64,000 nt of DNA from Chiloscyllium plagiosum (GCF_004010195.1 NC_057720.1:8552688-8616687); one strand, 5' to 3'. Positions 1 through 12,529 are shown, counted from the first letter of the stretch. Translations and numbers: made by a program. Notes: generated by a model not told the origin, from the sequence alone.

Positions 1-345
1 GTGGTGGTGAGCTGCCTTCTTGAACCGCTGCAGTCCATCTGCTGCAAAATGATCCACAATGCCATTAGGGAGGGAATTCCAGGATTTTCACCGAACGACA
101 TTGAGAAACAGTGATATATTCCAAGTCAGGATGGTGAGTGGCTTGGAGGGGAAGTTGCAAGGGGTAATGTTCCCATGTATCTGCTGTCCTTATCCTTCTG
201 GATGGAAGTAGTTGTCAGTTTGGAAGGTACTATTTCAGGATTGTTGGTGAATTTCTGCAGTGCATCTTTTCTAGAGTACACACTGCTGCTGGTGAGCGTC
301 GGTGGTGGAGGGAATGGATGTTTGTGGATATGTTGCCAATCACGA
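1..345 (-). mobile_element. 3' fragment of an L2/CR1-group non-LTR retrotransposon (degenerate)
   Basis: The reverse complement matches the RT C-terminal/3' region also seen on the plus strand at 13050-13120 and 17761-18010. Confidence 0.7.
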
Positions 346-394
346 CTGTGTGTGGGCAAATTCTGCCCTAACCTCCATTTACAAGCCGAGTGGA

Positions 395-1112
395 GGGCAT
401 GGCTCTATCTGAATCAATGGAGCTGATGTGGAAATGGTCGAGAACTTCAAATTCCTGGGAGTGTCGATCACCAACAATCTGTTCTGGTCTGCCCATTTCG
501 ACACGACAGTTAAGAAAGCATAACAACATCTCTACTTCTTCAGGAGGCTGAGGAAATTTGTCATGTCCACAAGGACTCTAAAAACTTTTTGTAGGTGCAG
601 CATAGAAAGCATCCTATCTGGAAGTATCACAGCTCGGTATGGCAACTGTTCTGCCTAAGACCGCAAGAAACTACAGAGAGTCATGAACACAGCCCAGTTC
701 ATCTTGCAAACCAGCCTTCCATCCATTGACTCCACCTATACTTCCTGCTGCCTCAGGAAGGCAGACAACATCATCAAAGACCCCTCCCACCCCAGTTATA
801 ATCTCTCCCATCCTCTTCTGTCGGGCAGAAGATATGAAAGTTTGAATACAAGTACAAACAGATTCAAGTACAACTTTTTCTCTGCTGCTTTTAAGACTTG
901 TGAACAGACCTCTTAAAGATTAATTTTGATCTCTCTCTCTCTATCTCTCTCTCACTCTCTTTCTCTATATACACCTTCTCTGTGGCTGTAACATTGTATT
1001 CTGCACTTTGTTCTATCACCCTGATGAACTTTTTATAGTGAGAGCTGCTTGTAGAGAAGACATAAAACAACACTTTTCACTGTATCTCAGTACATGTGAC
1101 AACAATAAATCA
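395..1112 (+). mobile_element. Rex1/Babar-clade LINE, 3' fragment
   Basis: Translates to FKFLGVSITNNL..W, RRLRKF, KKLQRVMNTAQ, NIIKDPSHP..LLSGRRY, the Rex1 RT C-terminus. Ends in cactgtatctcagtacatgtgacaacaataaa. Confidence 0.85.
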
Positions 1113-1119
1113 AACAAAT

Positions 1120-1345
1120 CAATTGGGCAGTTTCGTCCTGGATGGTGTCAAGCTTCTTGAGTGTTGTTGGAGCTGCACTCATCCAGGCAAGTGGGGAATA
1201 TTCCATCACATTCCTGACGTGTGCCTTGTCGATGGTTAACAGGCTTTGGGAAGTCAGGAAGTGAGTTACTCTCTGCAGTATGCCTAGCCTCTGACCTGCT
1301 TTTGTAGCCATTGGATTTATGTGGTGAGTCCAGTTGAGTTTCAAA
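1120..1345 (-). mobile_element. L2/CR1-group LINE RT fragment
   Basis: ORF 1087-1371: KLNWTHHIN..KAGQRLGIL..VMEYSPLAWMSAAPTTLKKLDTIQ. Confidence 0.8.
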
Positions 1346-1882
1346 TCTCCTCTTGCTTTAGAGAGAACCATTGTAGCTTCTTGGGTCTCCTCAGCGCTGT
1401 ATTTAGCATCATTTGGACAGTACTATTTATTTTTCTCTGTAGAGGTGTCACCTTTCTGTTCTAGCATTGTATAAAGGCAATGTATATAATCCCATCAGTT
1501 CCCGTCAGCTGTGATTGTCCCTCAGCTAACATGTTACAATTAGTTGTTCTCTGCCTAGTTGATAATTGCCTGTTTACAAGATCAGTCCTGCAGTTTACAA
1601 GCAACATGATAAAGATGATGTTGATTTATCTATTAGAAGGCAACTGCCAACCTTTTTCTTATTTACAACAGCACCAGTTTTGTACACAAGACAAGTAATG
1701 AGCAATAATTTTCTGAGGAATTAAAGGAGCGCACATCATCATATGAATTGCAAAGTTGCCGCATGGGGGTATTTGGGCAGCTTGGTGATATCTTATTCAC
1801 TGCGAGCGAAAAATTAATAAGTTCAGGTTGAGCACCTCACATTGAGATCTTTTTGCCATTTACATTTGCCTCATTTAAAGGC

Positions 1883-2094
1883 AAGATGTGGAGATGTGTG
1901 TGTTGGACTGGGCTGGACAAAGTTAAAAATCACATGACACCAGGTTATAGTCCAACAGGTTCATTTGGGAGTACAAGCTTTCAGAGTGCTGCTCCTTCAT
2001 TAGCTAGCTACCTGACAAAGGAGCTGCACTCCGAGATCTTGTCCTTCGAAATAAACCTGTTGGACTATAACCTGGTATTGTGTGATTTTTAACT
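1883..2094. mobile_element. Palindromic Penelope-like terminal-repeat insertion (family B)
   Basis: Inverted arms aagttaaaaatcacatgacaccaggttatagtccaacagg / cctgttggactataacctggtattgtgtgatttttaactt. 12-bp TSD tcatttaaaggc at 1871-1882 and 2095-2106. Confidence 0.85.
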
Positions 2095-2104
2095 TCATTT
2101 AAAG

Positions 2105-2162
2105 GCCCCCTCAGAGTCTGAGAGTTCCACACAATTTCAAAAAGCTACGGAAGAAAGTGCAG
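2105..2162 (+). CDS. Putative internal exon of unidentified host gene (APSESESSTQFQKATEESA)
   Basis: tttaaag| acceptor and CAG|gtttgg donor. 58 nt, phase 0 to 1, joins the 2820 exon in frame. Confidence 0.55.
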
Positions 2163-2346
2163 GTTTGGTACACTTCACAATGTTTACATTCTGCTCTGGA
2201 GTCTCAATCAAGCGAGTGGTTCTAAGAAGGCAGTGGTTTTACAATTCCAGTTGCTGGGGTACATATAAGTTGCAGCATCTCAAGAAATGAAAACTGGTTT
2301 CATTCCTGAAAAATGCTTATAATATTGTCTTGCACATTGAACAAAG

Positions 2347-2537
2347 TCAGAAGTCACACAACACCAGGCTATAGTCCAACAGGTTTATTTAAAATCACAA
2401 GATTTCTGAGCGCCGCCTCTTCATCTGATGAAGGAGGAGCGTTCCAAAAGCTTGTGATTTTCAATAAACCTGTTGGCCTATAGATTGGTGTTGCATGACT
2501 TCTGACTTTGTCCACCCCAGTCTAACACTGGCACCTC
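2347..2537. mobile_element. Palindromic Penelope-like insertion (family B)
   Basis: Inverted arms with central ctgatgaaggaggagcgttcc. TSD cacaYtgaacaaag at 2333-2346 and 2538-2551. Confidence 0.8.
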
Positions 2538-2819
2538 CACACTGAACAAAGCAACCCATCCATCCCCCAGTTCAGAAATACATGAAAGTGCCACATTCTT
2601 GGGCAGCGGACATGAGAAGTGTTCCTTTCATTTGACAAACCAAAGTTCACAGCCGGTCCAGTCTTGAGGAATGCTATCCCATCTGTTTTCCTCTCCCTCT
2701 CTGTCACAGCCAAAGGTGTTGAGTGAGCTGCTTATCGGCAAGCTTCGACTCATTTGTCAGCGGATGTGTTTATTTTCCAACCCACAATTTGGCAAAATGT
2801 CTGTTATGTTCTTTGGTAG

Positions 2820-3056
2820 CTGGCATGAGCAATGAGAATGTCACATTGCTTCAAGTGGAAAAGGGTAAAGGGATTAACATCAGTGGCTCCAGTGATGTAG
2901 TGAGCAGCTGCATTATTGTATGCCTGCTTGATTTTTTTGGAAGAAGAAGCCACGCAACAACTGCATCTTTTGCCTCCCCTGCTTTTATTCTCCACAAAAT
3001 CCACCCTCATTTACGTGTGCATCTGGTTCGATCCTTTCTTGCTCTGGTTTTTCAGG
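2820..3056 (+). CDS. Putative internal exon of unidentified host gene (AGMSNENVTLLQVEKGKG...HLRVHLVRSFLALVFQ)
   Basis: gttctttggtag| acceptor and CAGG|gtaagc donor. 237 nt, open in the frame of ORF 2723-3196, non-repetitive, phase 1 to 1. Confidence 0.7.
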
Positions 3057-3557
3057 GTAAGCAGGGAAATGAACAAATAGGAGCTGCAGTGTGTCAGATT
3101 GACTTTGACCCTGCTCCTTCATTCAATACAATCATGGCTGATTGTGCACTTCAAATCCCACTTCTCGCACTATCCCCACATCACTTCACTCACTGAAAAC
3201 ACAATAATGCCCTGGCCACGGTCTTGATTATTAATGACTGTCTGAGTTTCCACATCTCTCTGCAACGGAGAATTCATAGCCCTGTCAGTGAAGCATATTC
3301 TCATCACATCCCTAAATGGTTGACTCCTACGACCCTGTGCCCTTGATTCCTGGGCTGAGGGAGACATCTTCTCGGGATCCAATCTGCTAAGGTCTTTAAA
3401 AGTTTTAAATGCTTCAATTAGAACATTGTTCCTTTTATTAACTGTAAGGAGTCCAACCTAGTCTTTCAACCTTTCCTCACAGAACAACGCCCTCACCTGA
3501 GGAGATCGTCTAAAGAACCATTTTTCACTCTCTCTAGGAAAGCCAGATCTTTAATGA

Positions 3558-3870
3558 GGCACGGTGGCTCAGTGGTTAGTACTGCTGCCTCACAGCACCA
3601 GGGTCCAAAGTTAAATTCCAGCCTCGAGTGACTGTCTGTGTGGAGTTTGCACGTTCGCCCTGTGTCTGTGTGGGTTTCCTCTGGATGCTCCAGTTTCCTC
3701 CCACAGTCTAAAGATGTGCAGGTCAGGTGAATTGGCCATGCTAAATTGCCCATAGTGTTAGGTGCATTAGTCAGAGTGAAATGGGTCTGGGTGGGTTACT
3801 CTGCGGAGGGTCGGTGTAGACTGGTTGGGCCGAAGGGCCTGTTTCCACACTGTAGGGTATCTAATATAAT
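3558..3870 (+). mobile_element. HE1-type V-SINE (tRNA head, CR1-like tail)
   Basis: A-box head ggcacggtggctcagtggttag, V-domain tgtgtggagtttgcacgttc, tail gggccgaagggcctgtttccacactgtaggg. Confidence 0.85.
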
Positions 3871-3949
3871 TTAAATGTTAATCTGCCTGTGATCAGACCT
3901 GTGCCTTGAATAGTTTTAGCTGCTGCAAGGAGTGTTGCAAAATTCGATC

Positions 3950-4420
3950 ATTGATTGATTGTCACATGTACCGAAGTACAGTGAAAAGCTTTGTTTGCAA
4001 GCAGTCCAGAGAGATCATAATGAGCAAGGATGTATAGATCAAAAAGACTTAGACAGAGGCATACAGGTTACATTGCACAGGGCATATGCTAGACAAAGTC
4101 AGCGTTAGCAAGATCAGCATTATTTGAATATAGAGAGTCTATTCATCAGTCTAATAATGGACAGGAAGAAGCTGTTCCTGAACCTGCTGGTGCAGGTGTT
4201 CAGGCTTCTATATCTTTGCCTGATGGAAGAGGTTGTAGGAGATCATTACCGGGGTGCAATGGGTCTTTGATGATGTTGGCAGCCTTTCTGTGGCAGCGAG
4301 CCATGTAAATGGAGCCCATGGATGTAAGATTAGCTTCTGTGATAGTCTGGGCTGTGCACACCACCTTCTGTAGTTTCTTACAGTAATAGTTTGGCAATCC
4401 CCATCATATTGGACCATGGT
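3950..4420 (-). mobile_element. Rex1/Babar LINE 3' fragment
   Basis: ORF 4200-4397: KKLQKVVCTAQ..ANIIKDPLHPGN..PLPSG. Rex1 tail (tgtcacatgtac) near 3960. Confidence 0.8.
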
Positions 4421-4946
4421 TATCAGGCATGAGCGGTTTGTTGCTAGGATAGTTCACTGCCACAGACTGTATTTTCCAGGCTCTGTATAAGGACCTATTT
4501 ATTAACAAGGTAGAGTATGGACCACTATAGAGTCTTAATAAGCAGAGGGACATATCCTATCGACAAATCTTAAGATGCCATTTATTCCATGGTACGAATA
4601 GCCACAATTAGCATCAATCACATTGGGTATTATCATGACCATCAAGAATTTTGTATGTCACATCTATTTCCATCTCAATTTTGTGCAAAAACTAATTGTC
4701 TCTCAATCCAAAAACTGTGCTGCATCATCAGGTTGAGTGGAGCTCAATGAAATGCAAATTAAGTTTTCCAGACTCATTAACTTATGCAACATCTCCCCTG
4801 AACATTTTTCCCCCGTAGCAAATGTACATAGGAATTAGGAGTGGGAGTAGACATTTTACCCTTTCGAGTCCACTGTGTTATTCAACATGATCACGGCTGA
4901 TTTTATCCTGGTCTCAACTCCACTTTCCTGCTTGCTTCCCAAAGCA

Positions 4947-5436
4947 GGAGAAAGTGAGGTCTGCAGATGCTGGAGATCAAAGTTGAAACTTTATTGCTGG
5001 AACAGCACAGCAGGTCAGGCAGCATCCAGGGAACAGGAGATTCGACGTTTCGGGCACAGGCCCTTCTTCAGGAATGAGCAGAGAGTGTTCAGCAGGAGAA
5101 GATAAAAGGTAGGGAGGAGGGACTTGGAGGAGGGGAGTTGGAAGTGGAGGAGATGCGGTGGAGGGCACCGTCGACCACGTCGCCTTCCTGACCTGCAGTC
5201 TTCTTGTTGACCTCTCCGCCTCCATCCTACTCCGACCTATCACCCTCACCTTGACCTCTTTCCACCTATCACATTTCCAACTCCCCTCCTCCAAGTCCCT
5301 CCTCCCTACCTTTTATCTTCTCCTGCTGAACACTCTCTGCTCATTCCTGAAGAAGGGCCTGTGCCCGAAACGTCGAATCTCCTGTTCCCTGGATGCTGCC
5401 TGACCTGCTGTGCTGTTCCAGCAATAAAGTTTCAAC
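4947..5436. mobile_element. Palindromic Penelope-like insertion (family A)
   Basis: Long inverted arms. HHR-like core ctgaagaagggcctgtgcccgaaacgtc. 14-bp TSD tgcttcccaaagca at 4933-4946 and 5437-5450. Confidence 0.9.
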
Positions 5437-5714
5437 TGCTTCCCAAAGCACTTTTATTCCTAATATCTTGTCAGTTATTCTGCCAAAGCCATGAAGTTCT
5501 ATTTCCATAAGCATCTTCTGTTATACCACCTAAGGAATATAATACCGTATTAACTTGTTCGGCTTCGGATGTGGCATCTAATTTTGAAGCAATTTTGCGT
5601 GTTGAGAATTATCTTCTTTAACGTCCAGTCATAAGTTCTATTCAGCCAATTTTTGACATTAATTTTTTTTTGAAGTATTGTTAATCCTTCTGGTTCGTCT
5701 TAATATGTTTATTA

Positions 5715-6805
5715 CTACTCATAACTGTTTGGCCAAATTAAGCTGTAATTCTATTTCCAAATTTGCTGATGACACCCCCATAGTAGGTTGGATCTCAAAC
5801 AATGATGAGACCAAGTACAGGAAGGAGATGGAGAGCTTAGTGGTATGGTGTAAAGACAACAAACTCTCCCACAATGTCAAGAAAACGACGGAGCTGGTCA
5901 TCGACTTCGGGAAGTGGAGTGGAGGACATGTCCCTTGTCTGTAACAATGGAGCTGAGGTGGAGATCGGTGAAAGCTTCAAGTTCCTCAGAGTAAATAGCA
6001 CCAACAATCTGTCTTGGTCCATCCATGTCGAAGCTACAGCCAAGAAAGCACACCAACTCCCTTAGGTACTCAGAAGTTTAAGGAAATTCGAAATGTCCAC
6101 TATGATTCTTACCAATTTTTATGGATGCACCATACAAAGCATCCTATCCAGATGCATCATGGCTTGGTACGGCAACTGCTCTGTACAAGACCAAAAGGAA
6201 CTACAGCAAGTTGTGAACACCGCCCAATCCATCATGGAAACCAGCATTCCTTCCATTGAGTGTGATGCTGGAAAAACACAGCATGTCAGGCAGCAACTAA
6301 GGAGCAGGGGAATTGACGTTTCGAGCATAAGCCCTTCATCAGGAATCCCCTCATTCCTGATGAAGGGCTAATGCAAAAAATGTCAATTCTCCTGCTCCTC
6401 GGATGCTGCCTGACCTGCTGTGCCTTTCCAGCATCACACTCTCGACTCTGATCTCCAGCATCTGCAGCCCTCACTTTCTCCTTTGATCCATTGACTCTGT
6501 TTACATTTCCCGCTGCCTTGGGAAAGCAGCCAACATCATCAGAGATACCTCCCACCTTGTTTTTATTTTCCTCCATCGGGCAGAAGATACAAGAGTTTGA
6601 AAACACAGACCAAGAAACTGAAGACAGCTTCTTGCCAGCTGTTCTCAGACTTATGAATGGACCTCTCATAGATTAGAGTTGATCATTCTCTGCACCTTCT
6701 TTGTAGCTGTAACACGATATTCTCCATTCTCTATTACCCTGATGAACTTATGTAAAGTATGATTTGCCTGGATAGCACACCAAACAATACTTTCCACTGT
6801 ATCTG
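5715..6805 (+). mobile_element. Rex1/Babar LINE fragment, interrupted by a family A palindrome at 6260-6486
   Basis: KFADDT RT motif, LNVKKT.EL.IDF-like motif, WYGNCS..QKELQQVV. The insert has TSD tccattga. Confidence 0.85.
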
Positions 6806-7683
6806 TCTAGATACGTCTTAAATGACGCCATCGTTCCTACTCCTTCCAACCCGACTGGCAGTGCATTCCAGGCACCCACCACTCTCTGCGTGAAGAACTT
6901 TCCACTCTCCATTAAACTTTTCCCCTCTCACTTTGAACTCGTGACCCCTAGTAACTGAGTCCTCCAGTCTGGGAAAAAGCTTCTTGCTATCCACCCTGTC
7001 TACACCTCTTATGATTTTGTAACCTCAGTTAGGTAACCCACAACCTCCTTCTTTCCAATGAAAATAATTATAATCTATTCTACCTCTCCTCATAGCTAGC
7101 ACCCTCCATACCAGGCAACATCCTGTTTAACCTCCTCTGCACCCTGTCCAAAGCATCCACATCCTTTTGGTAATCTGTACACAGTATTCCAAATGTGGTT
7201 GAACCAAAGTCATATACGACTATAATATGACCTGCCAACTCTTGTACTGAATACACTGTCCGATGAAGGAAAGCATGCTGTATGCCCTCTTGACTACTCC
7301 AATGACCTGTGTTGCCACCTTCAGGGAACAATGGACCTGAACATCTAGATCTGTCTGTACATCAATTTTCCCCAGGACCTTTCCATAGTTTGCTCTTGAA
7401 TTGCGTCTTCCAAAATGCATCACTTCGCATTTGTCCAGATTGAACTCCATCTGCCATTTCTCTGCCCAACTCTCCAATCTATCTATATTCTGCTGCACTC
7501 TCAGACAGTCCCCTTCACTATCTGCTATTCCACCAATCTTAGTGACATCTGTAAACTTGCTAACGAGGCATCCAATACCTTCCTCCAAATCATTTATGTA
7601 TATCACAAACAAGTGATCCCAGCACGGATCTCTGTGGGACACTACTGGTACAGGTCTCCATTTTGAAAGGCTCCTTTCCACTA
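6806..7683 (-). mobile_element. CR1 LINE RT 3' fragment
   Basis: ORF 7220-7732: LFVIYINDL..SKFTDVTKIGG..WAEKWQMEFNLDKCEVMHFG. Confidence 0.85.
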
Positions 7684-7699
7684 CGTGTGATGTTAATGC

Positions 7700-8660
7700 T
7701 GTTGAATGGAATTGAATTGAATTTATTGTCACATGTACTGAGGCACAGTGAAAAGCTTTGTCTTGTGAGCATCACAGAGTTAAGTAGCATAGATAAGTAA
7801 ATAAAAGTTAAACAGCGGCAAAAACAAAAACACAGGTACAGGTGAGTGTTAAGAGTTTGTGAGTCCATTCAGTATTCTAACAGCAATAGGGTAGAAACTG
7901 TTCCGAAACCAGCTGGTGCATGTGTTCAGGCTTCTGTACCTTCTCCCCGATGGTAGAGGTAATAAAAAATGAGATGGAAATGTGTTGCTGGAAAAGCGCA
8001 GCAGGTCAGGCAGCATCTAGGGAACAGGAGAATCGACGTTTCAGGCATTAGCCCTTCTTCAGGAAGGGCTAATGCCTGAAGAAGGGCTAATGCCCGAAAC
8101 GTCGATTCTCCTGTTCCCTAGATGCTGCCTGACCTGCTGCGCTTTTCCAGCAACACATTTCCATCTCCGATCTCCAGCATCTGCAGACCTCACTTTCTCC
8201 TCAGAGGTAATAAAAAAGCATTGCCGGTGGGGATGGATCTTTGAGAATGCTGGCGGCCTTTCCTTGACATTGGGCCTGGTAGATGGATTCTATAGATGGG
8301 AGGTTGGCCTTTGTGATGTCCGGGCTGTGTTCACCACTCTCTGTAACTGTCTCTGATCTTGAAGGGTACAGTTGCCATACCAGGTAGTGATACATCCAGA
8401 CAGAATGCTCTCAATGGTACACCTATAAAAGTTGGCAAGGGTATTTGCCATCTTGCCAAATTTCCTCAGCTGCCTGAGGAAGAAGAGACATTGTTAGGCC
8501 TTTGTAACCAGTGCATCCACATGAAGAGTCCAAGAAAGCTTGTTGTGGATGACCACTCTCAGGAGTTTGACGCTCTCCACTCGTTCCACCTCTGTGCTGT
8601 TAATGTGTTGGGGGGCATGAGTAACATCTTGCCGAAAGTCAATAATGAATTCCTTGGTCT
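7700..8660 (-). mobile_element. Rex1/Babar LINE 3' fragment
   Basis: ORF 8201-8395: ANLPSIESIYQAQCQGKAASILKDPSP. (aattc)n tail with tgtcacatgtac at about 7705-7740. Confidence 0.85.
7970..8202. mobile_element. Palindromic Penelope-like insertion (family A)
   Basis: Inverted arms plus a ~33-nt one-sided tail. 15-bp TSD agaggtaataaaaaa at 7955-7969 and 8203-8217. Confidence 0.9.
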
Positions 8661-8747
8661 TGTTGTTCTCCTCAAATTTTTAATCTTTGTATTTAATCTT
8701 TTAAACTCACTTTTACAGCAATGTTGTATGACACATATTTTCTAATC

Positions 8748-8836
8748 CTGAAGAAGGGCTTATGCCCGAAACATCGATTCTCCTGTTCCTTGGATGCTGC
8801 CTGACCTGCTGCGCTTTTCCAGCAACACATTTTCAG
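8748..8836 (+). mobile_element. Minimal 89-bp Penelope-like insertion (family A, single arm)
   Basis: Starts at ctgaagaagggcttatgcccgaaac. 16-bp TSD cacatattttctaatc at 8732-8747 and 8837-8852. Confidence 0.85.
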
Positions 8837-8929
8837 CACATATTTTCTAATCAACCTGTTCAGAGATTTTATGACACATCTCTGGAGCAAATAGGACTTG
8901 AACACAGGTTCTTGTAACAATGTACTGTA

Positions 8930-9800
8930 ATTGAGTTAATTAGCAATACTGTGTTGTGTTATTTCTTTTAAGTTTCCATTTCTGCTAAGTAGCAATTCTG
9001 CATCTCTCCTCTGCTTGCTGGGAGTTTACTGTTTTTCTTTTTAACTATTAAAATGATGGATTCCTGTTCTTTGTAGAACTTCCCCACTTCCTGCAGTTAA
9101 AATTGAGTTTCCCTAAGTTTTTTTTCTCCATAAAATGGATTCTCTCCCATTTTTCACAGCTCAATGCACAAATCACTTCCCTTTGCAATTTAAAAAAAAT
9201 AATACCTTCAACTACAGCCTTAATATGTTTCTGCTTAAATTGCAGTTTAAATTCTGAGCTTCCCAATCTTCTAAAAGCCTCAAAATTGCTCACACTTTCT
9301 TATTCTGTTAAACTCTTGTGTCAACCCTTGTAAATTTTCACTTTTATTGCCTTAAATAAAGTGTGAGGCACTTCCAATAGTAAACCCTGGTATATATTAT
9401 TTTCTGGCCCTTGCTCTGACCCCTGCAGTTGTCCCTCATGCACCTTGTTCTCTGATGATGAAAATGGTGAACACTCTTTCTTTCACCACCAATCCTTCCC
9501 TGTCTAATACTTGCACCATCTTTGTGAGGTTTTTCATATTTTGTTCCCAAAGGAATCTCTAACTTTACTTCTGGGAGTACTCAATCACCCAGGGCAAAGC
9601 AATCTTCTCGAAGGTGTCAGTCTCTCCCCAGTATGGCTTTCTTTGACTCTTTTGTGAGCTCAAGCTGTTTTCTCTGCACTCCTTGGTCGTTTATTGTACT
9701 GTTCTTAAAGCAGTAAAATAAATTTTCTTCAAGGTTTTACTTCCTCCTTTAATGTCAAGTGAAATTTGAATCCCACTACTACTCACCTTGTATTGGTTGA
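8930..9800 (-). mobile_element. Possible highly decayed Gypsy-like gag fossil
   Basis: Minus strand is purine-rich, with K/E-rich helical fragments and a degraded knuckle-like HHFHHQRTRC..NC. No intact motif. Confidence 0.3.
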
Positions 9801-9966
9801 TGGTCAAGAACACTGGTGGAACATATGTTCTCATATTTCACAACTAGCAATGCTCTTTTCTACAATGAGTCAGAAGCCTTATTTATTACCAAGCTCCTGA
9901 TAGTTCTAATTATACCTAACTTGATAAAGTTATTATTACGATACAATGGGAGTGCTTCCATTGGAG

Positions 9967-10280
9967 TGGCACAGTGGCTCAGTGGTTAGCACTGCTGCCT
10001 CACAGCACGAGGGATCTAGGTTTGATTCCAGCCTTGGGTAACTGTCTGTGTGGAGTCTGCACAGTCTCCCCGTGTCTGCGTGGGTTTCCTCTGGGTGCTC
10101 CAGATTCCTCCCACATTCCAAAGATGTGCAAGCTAGGTGAATTGGCCATTCTAGATTGTCCATAGTGTTACGTGCTCTAGTCAGAGGGAAATGGGTCTGG
10201 ATCGGTTTCTCTTCGGAGAGTAGGTGTGGACTTGTTGGGCTGAAGGTCCTGTTTCCACACTACAGGGAATCTAATCTAAT
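9967..10280 (+). mobile_element. HE1-type V-SINE
   Basis: Same head, body and tail as 3558-3870. Ends ctaatctaatc. Confidence 0.85.
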
Positions 10281-10309
10281 CACAACAAGCTTTCTTGGAC
10301 TTTTCATGC

Positions 10310-10875
10310 AGATGCACTGCTTACAACGTCTCTTCTTCCTCAGGCAGCTGAGGAAATTTGGCATGACAGCGAATACCCTTGCCAGTTTTTATAGGTGAGC
10401 CATCAGGAGCATTCTGGCTGGATATATCGCTATCTGGTATGACAACTGTACCATTCAACGTCAGAGACAGTTACAGAGAGTGGTGAACTCGACCCGGACA
10501 ATCACAAAGGCCAATCTCCCATCTATACAATCCATCTACCAGGCCCACTGTCAAGGAAAGACCGCCAGCTTTCTCAAAGATCCATCCCACCCTGGCAATG
10601 CTTTTCTACAACCACTACCATCGGGGAGAAGGTACAGAAGCCTGAACACACGAACCAGCCAGTTTCGAAACAGTGTCTACTCTACTATTGTTAGAACACT
10701 GAATGGACTCATAAACTCTTAACATTCGCCTGTACCTGTGTTTTTGTTTTTGCCGCTGTTTACCTATTATTTATTTATCTCTGTTACTTAACTCTGTGAT
10801 CTGCTTGTATTGCTCGCAAGACAAAGCTTTTCATTGTGCCACAGTACACGTGACAATAAATTCAATTCAGTTCAA
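10310..10875 (+). mobile_element. Rex1/Babar LINE 3' fragment
   Basis: QRLFFLRQLRKFGM, KDPSHPGNAFLQPLPSGRRYRSL. Tail gtacacgtgacaataaattcaattc. Confidence 0.85.
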
Positions 10876-11630
10876 TAAATGCATCCTGTTTCAGAATACA
10901 AAATCCCCTGTGTTAAGATTCCAAAGTGGCTTACCTTCTACCACTGGCAATGGATTGTCAGACTCAGCAAAGAAAACAAACATTGGTGACACTGAAATAA
11001 CACATGACTGATCATCTACCTCAATGCATTCCATCCCACTTAATGTCTTTGATATCCAGAAAGCTATCGGAATGTATCTTGAATACTCTCTGACCTTCCT
11101 AAGCCATCTGGGGCAGAGAAATTCCAAAGGGGCACCACCCCCTGAGTAAAGAAATTCCTCCTCACTCACTGCTAAGTGACCTGCCTCTTGTTCTGAGATT
11201 GAATTCCTTGCAACTACAGCACCCCACCCAAGTCAGGGGGAAAATCCTCCCTGTCTCCACTCTGAAAAGCCCAGTACGAATTTTATGATCACCTCTCACT
11301 CATTCTTCTAAACTCTAGAGGATATTTTATATTCTAAAGGATGTTACAGATGCAAATCAAGGCATGAAAATGCAGATTTTACAGCATAGACTCAGGACAT
11401 TCTATACTTGTGCTCTGCGAAAGTCTCCTCCCACTTTACTAACTTCATCCCACCTTATTGATATATCCTTCTAATTCTCTGTCCCTCATTCTGAGAAAGA
11501 GATACAGCATTGAGCAATGTTGGGGGTCGATCTTTGAATAATCTTAAGTCCAAACCATGTCAGATGGGTTTCTCTCTCCCATAAGGGGTTTTCTGCTGAC
11601 AGCAGGCCAGATCTGGGACTGAATGAGGAG

Positions 11631-11740
11631 GGGGTTCTTGTGGCGTAATGGTAGTGTACCTACCTCTCAATGAAGAGACATGAGTTCATGTCCCATCTGC
11701 TCCAGAGGTGTGTAATAGCATCTCTGAACAGGTTGATGAA
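11631..11740 (+). mobile_element. Short tRNA-derived SINE
   Basis: A-box tggcgtaatgg and B-box-like gagttcatgtcc. An antisense relative lies at about 8850-8915. Confidence 0.55.
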
Positions 11741-12458
11741 TCTAAACAAGCAGGTCAATGGGGAAAACAGCAGAGGAGTTTGGGAATAATACACAGAACA
11801 ATGCAGAACAGTCCCTTCGGCCCTCAATGTTGCACCAATCTGTGAACTAATGTAAGCCCATCACCCTACACTATCCCATCATCATTCATGTGCTTATCCA
11901 AGGACTGTTTAAATACCCCTAATGTGGCTGAGTTAACTACATTGGCAGGAATGGCATTTCACCCCTTACCACTCTCTGAGTAAATGACCTGCCTCTGACA
12001 TGTCTTAAATCTACTACCCCTCAATTTCCAGCTTTTCCTCTGGATGGGCAGAGTAGCCACCTTCTGTGTGAGTCCATGATGTACTGTTCTATCAAAAAAA
12101 AACCCAGTGCTGCTTGTTAGTTCAATTCTACAAACTGCTGTTTTGTTGCTTCAAGTCCGAACAGTCAATCTCTTTAAATCATCAAACCACTTATGTTGCC
12201 AGTACCTCTATTGCTTACAAGTACTATGAGGTAAGTTAATGAGTTTGTAAGCACCTGAGGCCCAAACTTAAAACCTCTCCTTTATCTTGTTTATTGGCCT
12301 TCAATAAATATAAAGAACACCAGTCGACTCACAACACATCCAAGTTTCACGCTTCAGTTGAAATCAAATAAATCCATGTGAACACTGTCCCTTCTCATCA
12401 TGGGTTGTGTAAATGAGTGAAGCTGTCTTTTCCAATCAACCATGTTTTTTTCCAACAG

Positions 12459-12529
12459 GTACTGGTGAAGGTCTCAGTCCATCAGAGCCCACTGTCTTAG
12501 ACTGCAGACATTGGTTTCTTGAGAAAAAG
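12459..12529 (+). CDS. Putative internal exon (GTGEGLSPSEPTVLDCRHWFLEKK)
   Basis: tttttttccaacag| acceptor and AAG|gtaatg donor. 71 nt, phase 1 to 0, matches the 3056 donor. Confidence 0.7.

Noticed and set aside
1443..1694. Two micro-exon candidates (1443-1476 with a GC donor; 1672-1694) that would be in phase with the 2105 exon
   Set aside because: The acceptors are good, but the donors are weak or non-canonical and the segments are too short to exclude chance.
3558..3625. tRNA-like sequences at SINE heads (also 9967, 11631, 25826, 42745)
   Set aside because: These are A/B boxes of tRNA-derived SINEs that run into SINE bodies, with no full cloverleaf.
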